From Paraphysomonas bandaiensis (lineage: Eukaryota > Protista > Chrysophyceae): 64,000 nucleotides of DNA. The stretch is taken from assembly GCA_965644295.1 (NCBI GenBank), contig CBFFRP010000169.1, positions 186,001 to 250,000 of the forward strand, written 5' to 3'. How positions within the stretch are numbered: position 1 is the stretch's first letter; every line of letters starts with the position of its first letter. The notes beneath the pieces are model-generated. The model did not search any database. It was not told the origin of the DNA and saw nothing but the letters and a program-made list of their open reading frames with translations. Shown here piece by piece: positions 1 to 12,614 of this stretch. A program made the translations under genes and the position numbers.

Positions 1-1
1 A

Positions 2-368
2 TTACAAAGTCTTCGTCTTTGAAGACGATGCACAAAGCCACGCCCACAATAATGACGAAAGCTTCCAAACTTGTTCGTCTAATTGAAGACTATCAGATGA
101 ACACATGAATACAATCTACAGATTGACAGAAGTGCTATGCATACCTCTGATAAAACTGTCTGGCGTTTGCTTCAGCTAGAGCTCTGGCGGCGTTCGCATC
201 AGCCCTGGCGTTTGCTTCAGCTCTGGCGTTTGCTTCAGCTAGATATCTGGCGTTTGCTTCAGCTAGAGCATCTCGTAATGCACGCACCTCAACAGCTGTG
301 GGGGTAACGGTCTCCTCTCCATCGACATCGACAGGATCGGCTATGGGTAGAGGTGTGATCTGAGACAT
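2..368 (-). CDS. Small two-exon coiled-coil protein, MSQITP family, copy 1 (most divergent full copy)
   Basis: ATG (MSQITPLPIADPVDVDGEETV...), AEANARA-type heptads, a ~55-nt GTATGC...TGATAG intron, then exon 2 LQLDEQVWKLSSLLWAWLCASSSKTKTL*. The exon-2 frame and stop position are conserved in the other copies. Confidence 0.5.
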
Positions 369-699
369 TGAAGCGAGTGCTGCTACCTCATACAGCTTCA
401 ACCATATCGATATTCATGCGTTCATTTCCATATACATACATAGAAATATAAAAGTCTTCTGATCTGAGCACGACTTCCACTTCAATTGTTTCTGTTCGTT
501 CTAGTACAGAACAAATATCAAACAGTATCTTTAACGGGCACTTCGTTTTCAGGCTTTCTAAATGATCGACTATTTACACAACCTAAACTAAAAAATCCCC
601 TGGTTTTTCACTCAAAAAGTCACAAAACTACACATTTTCAAGAAAATAATCGGCATATTGTACACAGAATCCAGAGACAGATGTCTGTTAGCTTCACAT

Positions 700-1270
700 G
701 CAGGATACGATGCGATACTTTTACAGTAATAAGAGGAACGCAGGCTGATATGATCATAACCTCACTGGGAATACATGAGCTCATAGTTCTTTCATGCCAC
801 ATGCTGCTGGTTGTTGATTCAGCTGGTGAAAGGTATGGTTAAGTGGCATTCATACAGGAGAGTTGGTCTATTTCAAAGACAGAGATAGCAGAGTTGATTC
901 CATGACCATAACACCGGAGGGACCGGATGATATTGTAAATATATTCAATTTAGTGGTTCGAAACAGAGCATATGAGTATACTCATACTGCAGAGCTGATC
1001 ATCAGAGAGACTCACATAAGAATAACTCCACTTGAGTGTCATTCTCCTCTCTGATTTGAAGGTATATACTAATATGACTGTATCATTTATAGATACTTTC
1101 TCATAGTGTTCTGTGCGTATTGATGTATATGACGATACTGTGTTGGAGCATGTCAATCATTGTTGACGTGCAGCATACTCTGCGGAGCCGCATGAACACG
1201 ATTGTCATGTAACACCAGCGGAGTCTTCGGGTAACGTTCTTGAAATATGTTGTAACACCACTGATTCTAT
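700..1270 (+). pseudogene. Degenerate multi-exon gene relic, paralogous to 51720-52270 (minus)
   Basis: Shared blocks with the reverse complement of 51.7-52.3 kb (GCACATGCTGC-like, GAGAGTTG.TCTA.TTC, TGAAGGTATATACT.ATATGA, TATAGATACTTTCTCA, AACACCAGCGGA). In-frame stops are present. Confidence 0.35.
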
Positions 1271-1658
1271 CCCCAAGGGGGAAACAATCGGTACACTGCG
1301 AGATAATGTATGTATGAGTTTTTTACTTTTAATGTATGTTACATATTACACCAGGTTATTACTGTGGCGGATCTACCTTCGGAATTATAGGGGTGGAGGG
1401 TGCCCCATATTGACAGCGTAACTAATCACCGCGTTTGACCGTCTTGTGTGTGCTGGTGAGTAGGGTTGCGACCGCGTACCTCTGCCTATGTACACATTGC
1501 TTAGTTCAGCGCTTCCCCACCCGGGTTCTCATTGCATATTCAGCGCTAAAAACTGTGTGATAATGATGTAGCTAGTTGGTTTCAGTAGGTAGATAGTAAA
1601 TAACATATGGGACTTAATCAATAATCAAGTATTAGTTAAACCCCCACCCGGCTCTACC

Positions 1659-1785
1659 TATATTGAAAGTCTTATTATTTATTTAGCAATAGGCGTTAAG
1701 AATCTGCACCAATGTAGTTGCTAGTTGAATGCTAGACAGACTATTTAGACCTCTACCCATAACGAATCAGTATAGATTTTCTATT
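1659..1785 (-). mobile_element. 3' tail fragment of the LINE family at 8074-9746
   Basis: TTTATTTAGCAATAGGCGTT...TTAGACCTCTACCC matches the 3' UTR of the 8.1-9.7 kb element. Confidence 0.75.
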
Positions 1786-2464
1786 CATCAGCTATATGAT
1801 GACTCTATGTGTGGTATACAATGTTGACGTTCACAATGTGCTCCGTAGAGTACGCTGGACTATACGAGTGTTATATAAGGTGTGTATGTACACTGTGTGC
1901 TCTTCATACAACACGCAGAACACTCTGTATATGTGTTATATGATGTGCACGTTCACTCTATGTGCACCGTTTAGTACACACTGGCTATATATGTGCTTTA
2001 TGATGTGTGTTCGCTCTACACTCTATGTCCTCCGTTCAGTTCACCAGGCCTATACATGAGATGAGTCTATTTTACTGTCAAGAATTTTTTCTCAGTCATA
2101 AAATAGCTAGGAGGCGTCATTGTACAACACTCAATAGAGGGGGAGTGTTGAGATCTGAAGATTCTATATGCTTGCCATTGAGTGCAGTATTATATGTGAG
2201 ATGCAAGGATCGAAAGATATAATATATATGTAATTAGGTAATTAGTATATTACATATTGTAGTATGAAACTGAAGTATAAGTTGGTGACTATACAGGATA
2301 CGACTACTGAGGGTGTGGTTCGTACATTATAGAAGTAAATGATTGGTGTTGAACACACACCAAATTCAACTTAGGTTCTTTATCATGTAATGTTATGATT
2401 TCAATCTTATAAAATTGAGAACAACCAATCAACCTTGCTTAGCAAATAATGTCAACTTCTGTTG

Positions 2465-2920
2465 TTACTCAGTGTGTACAAGTTTCATATCCCCTCTATT
2501 ATCTACGGTTTACTGATTATTTCATTGAGGGGGCGTATTAGGATTCATCTTAATATAAGATAGTATATGTGAAATATAATGTTCAATGAAATATATCATA
2601 TTAGAATTGATCTTTATAATAGTAAAACAATGTTGTGATTATTAGAGTGTAAGTAATGAACACGATAGAGTGAAAATTATGAATAACAATATAGAACGGA
2701 ATAGTTAGAAGTGTAACTGATAATGACGACGTTATGATGACGATCACGTATCTTCGACAGATACTCTCTCTAATTCAGTAGTTCATTGTATATTTCATTG
2801 AACATTATAACTCCCAGATACAATCATGTATTAAGCTGAATCCTAATACACCCCCTCAATGAAATAATCAGTGAACCGTAGATAATAGAGAGAATATGAA
2901 CTTATACACACTGAGAGTAA
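2465..2920. repeat. Foldback inverted repeat (~130-bp arms, ~190-bp spacer)
   Basis: 2465-2597 is approximately the reverse complement of 2790-2920 (TGATTATTTCATTGAGGGGG / CCCCCTCAATGAAATAATCA). Related sequence occurs at ~19900-19970 and ~22080-22150. Confidence 0.75.
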
Positions 2921-3063
2921 AAACCAGAGTAGCAGTCACTAGTCAATAATAAACGAACTGCAGAGATGCCATATTGTGAGACCATCCTTCTAGTCCAGCA
3001 TCATGTAATGTATTGAATAAAAGTAAAAAAAATGGTAAAAACTCCGTGTAACTCAAACTAGCC

Positions 3064-3180
3064 ATAGTGAAAGTCTTTTATTTAGCAATAGGCGTTGAAG
3101 GCCTGCACCGATTTATTAGTAGCTAGATGAATGCTAGTCAACCTAGTTAGACCTCTACCCGTAACTAACCAGTACAAACT
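3064..3180 (-). mobile_element. 3' tail fragment of the same LINE family
   Basis: TTTATTTAGCAATAGGCGTTGAAGGCCTGCACC...TTAGACCTCTACCCGTAACTAA. Confidence 0.75.
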
Positions 3181-3769
3181 CTCATATCAGAGCGCTCATA
3201 TCAGTACCAGGAAAATATAGACTTTCCATGGCATTCAACTTCAATATTCGGTTCAACAGAAGCTCACTTCTATCGTAATTATGATAATGACAGTCATATG
3301 TACGACGTACATTACGTGATTTCATTCATACCAGTATACATACCAGAATTCTCATTTGTTTCTTAATGTTAATCAGGGAACATCTATTTCTTTTTACAGC
3401 AAGCAAGCTACTAAAAATGCTACACAAGAATCTAATATTAAGTTTTCAAAATGAGAATAAGCTACAATTTAACCTAGGGAGAAAGCTGGGATAAAGAGTA
3501 TAGAGTATCGTCCCTTGTCTAAAGTTATAACGATAGTCATTGTCAATTATACTTCTAACTATTCCGTTGTGTATGATGGTTATGTCCTGCATTATTATTC
3601 ACTTTTCTACAATAATTACTGTGTTCATCACATTACACTCTAATGATCACAACATTACTAAGCTTACTATTACTAAGCTTAAATCTGCATTTAACGCATC
3701 ATCACCCTCGTAGTTATCTCAGCCATATGAACAAACAAAAAAATGCAACTAGCACGAGTGCTAGTGCAA

Positions 3770-4079
3770 CTACAACGTCTTCGTCTTTGAAGACGATGCA
3801 CAAAGCCACGCCCACAATGACGATGAAAGCTTCCAAACTTGCTCGCTTATTAGAAGACTATCAGTTGAACACGTGAATACAATCTACAGATTGACAGAAG
3901 TGGAATGCATACCTCTTATAAAACTCAGCTCTGGCGCTTTCTTCAGCTACAGCTCTTTCAGCGTTCGCTACTCTTTCACGTAAGGCACGCACCTCCGCAG
4001 CTGTGAGGGTAACGGTCTCCTCTCCGTCGACATCGACATCGACAGGATCGGCTATGGATGGAGGTGTGATCTGAGACAT
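3770..4079 (-). CDS. MSQITPP family small coiled-coil protein, copy 2
   Basis: Same two-exon structure as copy 1; exon 2 SLLISEQVWKLSSSLWAWLCASSSKTKTL*. Confidence 0.5.
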
Positions 4080-4160
4080 TGAAGCGAGTGCTGCTACCTC
4101 ATACAGCTTCAACCATATCGATATTCATGCGTTCATATCCATATGGAACAAACAACAAAC

Positions 4161-4308
4161 CAGGGGGTGGTTGTGCATATAGATTTGTTCGTTTACTTCA
4201 TCGAAAAATCATCGTTTTTTCAGTGAAAAGTCACATTTTTTCACTTTTCACTGAAAAAACGATAATTTTTCGATGAAATAAACGATGAACAAATCGAACC
4301 ACCCCCAG
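4161..4308. mobile_element. Palindromic MITE (CAGGGGGTGGTT...AACCACCCCCAG)
   Basis: Almost wholly self-complementary 148-bp insert. It is absent at the homologous site upstream of the copies at ~19070 and ~22975. Confidence 0.75.
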
Positions 4309-4739
4309 ACTTCAGACTTCACTTCAATTGTATGTGTTCGTTTCTAACAAAGAACAAATATCCAACAGTATCTTTAACAGGCATTTCGTTTACAGCTTTC
4401 CTAAATGAACTTACTGTACAATGGTTTCCAGAAGTCACATCGCGATATATCGCGAGTACGTTGATTTTCATACCAACAATCCTACCACACAAGTCCAGAA
4501 AAATGAATTCTGTTTTTTTGTATGGGAGTGTGTGTAGGAGGGGGGTTGAAGTGGAGATATTCTGGTGTGCAGAATTCAGCGTTTATGTAGGTGATTCAGC
4601 GTTAATGTAGGTCCCTCTTAACGACCATATCGAGCGTATGGCTGCGTAAAGGTACTTATATATATTATATTCTTGTAGAGGACTCTTATTACTACTATGT
4701 GCCTTACTGACAATATCTACCGTGTGTAATCAGGTCAGT

Positions 4740-5280
4740 ATTCCCAGTGAATAAGCGAACGTCATGAAAAAACAAATATGTTCCAGTGGCCACCATAAGG
4801 CGCGATGACAACACCTAAGAACTGTTTAAGTCTCGATATTAGGCAGTCTAATATCCCCTACCTCTCATTGGGTGGCTTCATACTCCACTACGGTTGCCAC
4901 AAAGGTGTCTGGTATTACACTTACCAGGGTCAGTCAGAGCAGTGTAAATTGATTGATGATAATTAGAATTGTTGTAGTTTCATAGAGATATGCACAAACA
5001 GGTGATGGGGGAGTGCTTAATGCCTGTCAGTTGTTGTTTTTGCGATCCGAGCCAGGAAATGCATTGACTGTGGCCAAACATTACTGCCTTCGAATTGATT
5101 GGCAATCGAAGCAAGCCTTTGTAGTGCTACAGTTGAGAGACGTGCTGATGCGTATGCCGAACGGCAATGTCAGTGATACCGTCAAATTATTTTTTAATGT
5201 TTGCATGTGTTGAAGCGTTAAATATCGGGATGTACCAAAACCTTCATAAGATCAATTAGAAGCATATCGAGAGGACAAAA
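4740..5280 (+). pseudogene. Possible degenerate Pif1/Helitron-type helicase C-terminal relic
   Basis: Fragments VASYSTTVATKVSGITLTRV and QAFVVLQLR resemble Pif1 motifs V (AxTxHKxQGxTL) and VI (QxYVALSR), but are heavily disrupted. Confidence 0.25.
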
Positions 5281-7006
5281 CAAGAGTTATTATTGATAGT
5301 GATCCAAGTCAAGAACTATCCAGTATCAAGAATTATAGTCCAAAGCTTCATGGAATGTACAACTCGTGAAAGGTTTAAACTTGGCACAAAGGTGTACATG
5401 AATTTCTAAATGAGAAAGCAAAGAAATTAATTTCGATTAGTTTGGATATATATATTTTTAGTAAGCCAATCTTGCCTATGATTATTATTTCCGTAATTAA
5501 GTGTTTGAATCATCGCTTGGGGGTGTTGAAGTGCTGTCCGAGATAGTTTCCGGTAGTTTTAATATTTATAGATTTTGTAGTGCGTATGTATTGTGTTATA
5601 TCCACACATTACACTACAACCAACTCCATATTGGGGTAATAATATAATAAAAGCATACCGGGATACTGGGGGGAGGTTGTAAGGCAGTGAGGTAGCATAC
5701 ATGGGTGCCTTGGCTAGTGGCTATACCTAGGCAGTACGGAGAATTAGGAGAGAGGAGTGCATAATATTCAATTGTTATAAAACATATATATATATAATTT
5801 CAAGATTATGAAAGCATTATAGACATAGCATAGAGTGTACATTAATGCTTTGGTTTCCTCTGGGGGTGATATGGGGCCTGATGGGGTGGTTCATGTAAGT
5901 GCTTGTGACTGGGGTATAATGTATAATTAGTAGTTGGTGGGATAAGAGTTTCCATATGTGTCAACATGTGTATAAAACCAAAATATAGCTAAAAATACAA
6001 TGTTCATATTGTATACAATGTACTTGTCATTTTTTTCATCATCTGGAGGTCACCTAACAGCCTCTGGTGGTTGACATATTGAGGAGAACTATATCTGTAT
6101 TGGAATAGTAAATTACAAGCTTATTATTATTATTTCTTGGGTTATCTGCTGTCAACGTATATATACTTATAATTTATATGTTTTTACGGTGTCTATGAAG
6201 GTGTACTCGGCTCAAGGGCTCACTGTGATTAATTCTGGCGATATGCATATTAAGGGTGTGAGCGTGTGTCAATGTGTTTCAACTCTGTACATATTTTCAC
6301 ACTCTCTCTATAGAAAAGATAAAAGTTATACGCTCTATGAGTATAAATATACATAGACTCCGTATATTTAAGTCAACTTTTGGCCTTCTACTGCTCTTCT
6401 TCTTCATACTTACCAGATCGCCTGCTTGCTCAATAAGATGCTTAATAACGACTGGAATGACTCACTTAATGATGCCATGAATAAACCTCCTCTTATCTTT
6501 CCTTTAAAGGGTTGTGACATTGCTGTCTTATGTCGATATTGTCTTGTATTTGTTGCTATCTTTTAATGTGTCTATCACGTCTTTTATCTCTTCCACAGAT
6601 AGAGCTCCATTATTGGGGTAAACCGTATGCAATAAATTACCTTTTTTACATCTACCCTTTTCTCAATAGAATGCTGTATTTTTAGGGTAAAATGGGTAAA
6701 AATAGTAAAAAAGGGAGAAAAAAATAAATTGCCGCTATCCTTTAAACTGAGGTGTGATGAATAGTGAGTGGTGATGATGAGTGAGAACTTTTCTCGTTTT
6801 TCTGGACTTGTCTGGTAGGAAACAAGGGACTCAAACATATCGGCATCCTTCGTACATTTTTGTTCTATGATGCCTCTTATATTGAGTCAACAATTATCTG
6901 TATTTCAGCCGTAGTTGTATTCAAGTAATATAGAGAATATTTACTTCGTTATATTTCCGAAAAATAAGATGCTGGCTGCCCATACGTTTGTCACATCTTT
7001 CCATTC

Positions 7007-8073
7007 GGTCATATAGTACTCTAATCTATAATATACATCACCCCAACTTTTTAGATCATCTTCCTGTATCATTCATCTTGCACTGTGCTTAATGAGATTT
7101 TTCCTTTCATCACTGCCGTTTTCAAGTCTCTTGCCCTTATATGGAACTATCTGAAGGGCAAACCGGACTCATGGAGTTCGAAGGTGTTATCAAATCCGCG
7201 TTGCAGTACCAGGACAATCTTGAAGTGAAGTATATACTTGTGGTCCCGGATGTTTCGGGTTAGTGTCGACGGGTTAGTTGACCCAAAGGTTAAACGTTTC
7301 GCAAAAGAGGAATAGACTCAGCTGCAGTTCATTTTTGGAAGAGTGGAACCGGAGAGGCTGAGCATGGTGTGAAAGCTACTCGGCAGCCATATGGAAAAGG
7401 CAAAGTGGTTGCGATTGCGGATGACCCTGACCATTCGATCACCGAGTTGATCCCTCAGCTTACCAAGGTCAACATTCAACTTCAGCTAGAGCTCTTGCGG
7501 CGTTCGCTTCTCTTTCACGTAATGCACGCACCTCAAACGCTGTGAGGGTAACAGTGGCCTCTCCATCGACATCGACAGGATCAGCTATGGATAGAGGTGT
7601 GATCTGAGACATTGAGGCGGTCAGTGCTGCTATCTCATCCCACGTCAACCATATTCATGCGTTCATTTCCATATGTAACTTATATAGACTTTACTTCAAT
7701 TGTTCGTGATCTTTAATAAAGAACAAATATTCAACAGTATCTTTAACGGGAATTTTGTTTTCTTTGTTACTAAATGATCTAAAGTTAGCATACTACGAAG
7801 TGTGACGTACACAAAACATTAGATATTAAGTCAAACATTACATCTACTACCACTTAATCTCGTATGTCTATAAATAAGACTTGCGTATTATCACTGAAAA
7901 CGTAATAGTTAAGCCTATTAAATATTGCATATTTGTATGTTTTTGTTCGCACATATTCCCGACTAATATGTTTAGTGGGGAGAGTACTGGTATATATATT
8001 GCGATTATAATTCCTAGGTGTAGTTATCGTCTATTGATTGCCATTTTGAAACTACATATAACCACTTGACTAA
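7007..8073. repeat. 1,067-bp direct repeat, copy A (includes partial MSQITP exon 1 at ~7470-7611, minus)
   Basis: Near-identical to 9747-10813 (offset 2740); one substitution was seen (AATGAGA vs AATTAGA). Confidence 0.95.
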
Positions 8074-9746
8074 GTAGTGAATGTCTGATTATTTAGCAAT
8101 AGGCGTTGAGACCTTGCATCAATTAGTGGCTAGAAGAATGCTAGTCATACTAGTTAGACCACTACCCGTAACTAATCAATACAAACTCTTTTATCCTACT
8201 ATTTAACGCTACGAAAGCTGCTTGTGCGTCGCCGCAAGCACCAAGGTGCAACCACTTCCGTTCTTTTTGTGTGATATGAAATTCGCCTTTATCGTGTGTC
8301 CGTGGACTCACCGGCGCTTTTGATCTGGGGGTCTCCCTTTGGGATGGGTCTCCATTGGTTTTGGAGGGGGCTCAGCATTCTGAATTAGGGTCCTGAGTGC
8401 ACCTAGTTCCAGATGTGTGGGTTGGGAGTGGTGGGGATTGTTGGGAGGAGGAGTTGGGTTTGTAGTATGTGTTACTGTGCTCCTGTGGGGCCGCGGGTGT
8501 AGATAGAGTTGTCGAAGCCGTCGGCGTTGTGGAGGTCTGGGCAGTCCAGTGCTCTGTCGGGTAGGACCTGTGAGGTGTGCACGTGTGTCTGGAGTCGGAT
8601 ACGCTGTGGGGGGTCTTCGTTGGACCCCTAGTAGTCGAAGGACTCTCGGACGTTGTCTTGACTGACTGCGTTTCGGACGGGGTCTCGGGAGTAGCCTGGG
8701 CGGCCTTTTGGACATGGTGATATAGCGACAACCGCGATCCTGTAACATAAGCTTCGCTGCAGTGTAAAGCGGTTGCAGGAGATTAATAACCACTGTTTCT
8801 AGGTTCCGTAGACTGTGAGCCGTCAGGTGGTTGTGTATGTCATCTCCGAAGACCGTTTCCAGTTGGGCTGCTGTGATGGTTCCAGTCCAGTATCTCTCGA
8901 CCTGTGGGATGGAGGGATTCCAGGCTCTGCTGGAGAGTCTCCGTAGTGCAGATGTGATCCAGTTGGGTAAGGTCTGAGTTCTCTGTATTTCGTGTAGCAC
9001 ATTTTTATGCGATTGAAATGCAGTTTCCCTTATTTGGGTGATGGATTCATGTGTGCAGTCGAGGCACATATGTTTTAGGGAATCTAGTCGAAACCCGCAG
9101 TCAGAGCATGCGGCTTTGGTCAGGTCAAGCCCCTGTTTGGTTTTGGCCCGGTTCCTCCCTATGCAGAAAGATTTGTCCCATGTCAGTGCCGTGTTGAGAA
9201 TTCTTTGGCGTAGATTTGAGCTGAGTTTGTCTTTGGATGCACTGCCATCCGCTTGAGCTAGTTTGCGCGGGAGGTGTACTCCGCTATTGGTCCAGTAGCC
9301 AGGCGCTCGATCAGGATTGTTTCCGTAGCGTTGATCTCTGGTTGAAGTGTAGTTCTCAAGTGTCCTTAGGTCGCAGAGATCTTGGAAATCAGTAAGGAGT
9401 GGGCTAGAGTAGTATGGCCGTCTTGTACTGTGCAAACGCCAGTGCCATAATCCAGCGGTTAGTAAGCGTTCAATGGCACTGTCAATCGCAATTGTACAGA
9501 CAGTGTAGTTATTTTTTCCAAGGATGCGATCGACTTCATGCCAGTCTTCACCCGCGACTGCGTCCGCAATATAGATGCCCTTGTCCTCAAACGTCCACTC
9601 CGTTTCATCTGTGGTACGTCGTTCGGGATGGGACCTCACCCAGGTCACCTGTCTTTTGCAATCTCTACTGGCCGCGATGCTTTCGAGTAGTACCCCTTTT
9701 GCACGGTGACCGAGAGCTCTGCGTCTTGTGGAGAGTCTTGTGGAGA
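8074..9746 (-). mobile_element. 5'-truncated non-LTR retrotransposon (LINE) with RNase H and CCHC zinc knuckle
   Basis: The frame stays open upstream of 9648 to the 9746 junction. It encodes an RNase H C-terminal motif (WVRSH...GIYIADAVA, cf. WVxGH...GNxxADxLA), a CxxC...H...C knuckle (CSDC...KHMCLDC), an R/P-rich tail ending KGRPPDQKRR, and a conserved 3' UTR. A short GTCTTGTGGAGA duplication lies at the 5' junction. Confidence 0.8.
8308..9648 (-). CDS. LINE ORF2 C-terminal part (RNase H end plus zinc knuckle)
   Basis: 446-aa ORF with the motifs above; GC content is visibly higher than the flanks. Confidence 0.75.
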   Translation of the reverse strand: MTWVRSHPERRTTDETEWTFEDKGIYIADAVAGEDWHEVDRILGKNNYTVCTIAIDSAIERLLTAGLWHWRLHSTRRPYYSSPLLTDFQDLCDLRTLENYTSTRDQRYGNNPDRAPGYWTNSGVHLPRKLAQADGSASKDKLSSNLRQRILNTALTWDKSFCIGRNRAKTKQGLDLTKAACSDCGFRLDSLKHMCLDCTHESITQIRETAFQSHKNVLHEIQRTQTLPNWITSALRRLSSRAWNPSIPQVERYWTGTITAAQLETVFGDDIHNHLTAHSLRNLETVVINLLQPLYTAAKLMLQDRGCRYITMSKRPPRLLPRPRPKRSQSRQRPRVLRLLGVQRRPPTAYPTPDTRAHLTGPTRQSTGLPRPPQRRRLRQLYLHPRPHRSTVTHTTNPTPPPNNPHHSQPTHLELGALRTLIQNAEPPPKPMETHPKGRPPDQKRR

Positions 9747-10813
9747 GGTCATATAGTACTCTAATCTATAATATACATCACCCCAACTTTTTAGATCATC
9801 TTCCTGTATCATTCATCTTGCACTGTGCTTAATTAGATTTTTCCTTTCATCACTGCCGTTTTCAAGTCTCTTGCCCTTATATGGAACTATCTGAAGGGCA
9901 AACCGGACTCATGGAGTTCGAAGGTGTTATCAAATCCGCGTTGCAGTACCAGGACAATCTTGAAGTGAAGTATATACTTGTGGTCCCGGATGTTTCGGGT
10001 TAGTGTCGACGGGTTAGTTGACCCAAAGGTTAAACGTTTCGCAAAAGAGGAATAGACTCAGCTGCAGTTCATTTTTGGAAGAGTGGAACCGGAGAGGCTG
10101 AGCATGGTGTGAAAGCTACTCGGCAGCCATATGGAAAAGGCAAAGTGGTTGCGATTGCGGATGACCCTGACCATTCGATCACCGAGTTGATCCCTCAGCT
10201 TACCAAGGTCAACATTCAACTTCAGCTAGAGCTCTTGCGGCGTTCGCTTCTCTTTCACGTAATGCACGCACCTCAAACGCTGTGAGGGTAACAGTGGCCT
10301 CTCCATCGACATCGACAGGATCAGCTATGGATAGAGGTGTGATCTGAGACATTGAGGCGGTCAGTGCTGCTATCTCATCCCACGTCAACCATATTCATGC
10401 GTTCATTTCCATATGTAACTTATATAGACTTTACTTCAATTGTTCGTGATCTTTAATAAAGAACAAATATTCAACAGTATCTTTAACGGGAATTTTGTTT
10501 TCTTTGTTACTAAATGATCTAAAGTTAGCATACTACGAAGTGTGACGTACACAAAACATTAGATATTAAGTCAAACATTACATCTACTACCACTTAATCT
10601 CGTATGTCTATAAATAAGACTTGCGTATTATCACTGAAAACGTAATAGTTAAGCCTATTAAATATTGCATATTTGTATGTTTTTGTTCGCACATATTCCC
10701 GACTAATATGTTTAGTGGGGAGAGTACTGGTATATATATTGCGATTATAATTCCTAGGTGTAGTTATCGTCTATTGATTGCCATTTTGAAACTACATATA
10801 ACCACTTGACTAA
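9747..10813. repeat. 1,067-bp direct repeat, copy B
   Basis: Matches 7007-8073 from GGTCATATAG to CTTGACTAA. Confidence 0.95.
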
Positions 10814-11012
10814 TATTCTAATATTCGCTTATAAATGTTTGCCTATTATAACGTGTGGTTTGATAATATACTGCCTTGTTATGCATATAATTATGCAAGC
10901 AAATACTTCGATGCTAGCCCACATGTAACTTGGAATAGTACACTACTCTTCTGTCAATAAAAATCAGCTACTGTACACCTTCGTAGTTTAGAACTAGACA
11001 CTTGTGTGATAT

Positions 11013-12515
11013 TGTAACGCTGTGGCGTTCAACTATTATTCCATCGTACTCTCTATTCTCTAGCGGGCATATAATGGACTACGGATGTCGAGAATGAGTG
11101 TGACTCACACCAGCGGTGATATGTTGTATTTTATGCATACTATGTTACATCTATGCTTGCATGTACACTATACTATGCCTTGCACTGCATGTCATCATTG
11201 TATTGATATCGCATTGTATGCACTCACACTTATTACTATATCACCAACATCACTCACACTATACACATATGACATACATTATACACCTCACACCATACCA
11301 CACATATATGACATACATTATACATCATATATATCATTGCATACATACTACACTTCACACTTATAACTCTGTATGCTGTATTGGTATTGATTCTTCTCTA
11401 GCTGCAGATAGAAGGAATTAGATATCAATATAGTGCATTCACATTCATCTATACCTTCTTCTATCTCTATATGTATGTGTATCACCATCTATATACATTA
11501 TCACACTCTTATCACTTGCATACTGTATGGCATATAGTGCTCGTGCTTGTATAAGATCCAAGTCTTGTCATAAGCACGATCTGCATGTATACATGACATG
11601 AATATGACGTATGTATGGTATATGTACACATTGTATCACCTGAGGGTCCATTCATCTTGTCATGAGGCCATTAGCATTCTCTGTGTGGTCTTCATATTCC
11701 TGTGGAGCGCAGTGGACTCTAACTCCTCGTGTTCATGATGTTTGGAGCCGTGACTTGCGTCGGACGTCTGTCATTATGGACTTGACTAGGGTGCCAAGTT
11801 TCATCGTCTATCTCTTACTAGTTATGGAGCGTTGGCATGTATCTGCAATGAGCGTTAAGAGCATCATCATCTTCAGTCTCTTCTCAACTGTTGTTTTTGT
11901 CGTATGCTGTATTTGCTGTATTTGCTGTATACTCCTGGATGCTACTCTGGTATGCGGGATGTATATGACCTTGTACTCCTCTGTATATGCGATTGTATGA
12001 TGCTGTATATGATTCTGAGTATACAGTATTGTGCTGTTGTATATTTGTATATGGTCTATAGTACAGTGACGGTATATTGTTGAGTACAAGCATATGATTG
12101 GACGATATTCTCATTTTGGTGTGCTGGAGACTCTTTTGGTTGGAGTTGGTCTTCATAGCATTCTACGGGAGTGTTCCAGAAAACTGATATGTCCACATAA
12201 TCAACCAAATCTTGTACAATCTTTTGTAGAATATTGTTCTAGATGTTATTGTGTGTTTCTAGATAGCTTGTAGAACATGAGTGGTTCTTTATGAGTTATT
12301 TTGTGTTCTGCTTGCTGTTCAGATTTATGTTAGAGTGCCTTACACCTTAACACGTAGTTAGAGGTGTCTAATTATAAGAGCTTGGGGGTGCCTGAGCTGT
12401 TGTAAGGCTTAATAACAAACATATTCCTCTTCTTCTTTTCCTTTCTTCTTTCTTACATTTCCTTATTATTCATATATAGTGGCTGCACCCGGTGTTATAC
12501 CTCGGGTTAGCTATA
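11013..12515 (+). repeat. 5' LTR
   Basis: About 99% identical to 13631-15133 (roughly a dozen substitutions seen by eye). Confidence 0.92.
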
Positions 12516-12614
12516 GTAAATTTACTGGCGAAAAGCAGCTTTGAAATCTGCAGATTTTGATAACATTGTTGGAAGGATATATCTACGTCAAGTTAAGATA
12601 ATAGTCCCCGTCAC

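Noticed and set aside
3643-3876. MITTLLSLLL/MLPHHH ORFs repeated beside each MSQITPP copy
   Set aside because: They are antisense to the putative exon 2 and 3' UTR, and their starts vary between copies, so they are treated as shadow ORFs.
11085-12156. ORFs inside the LTRs
   Set aside because: Short, low-complexity Y/H/I/C-rich translations, duplicated only because the LTR is duplicated.
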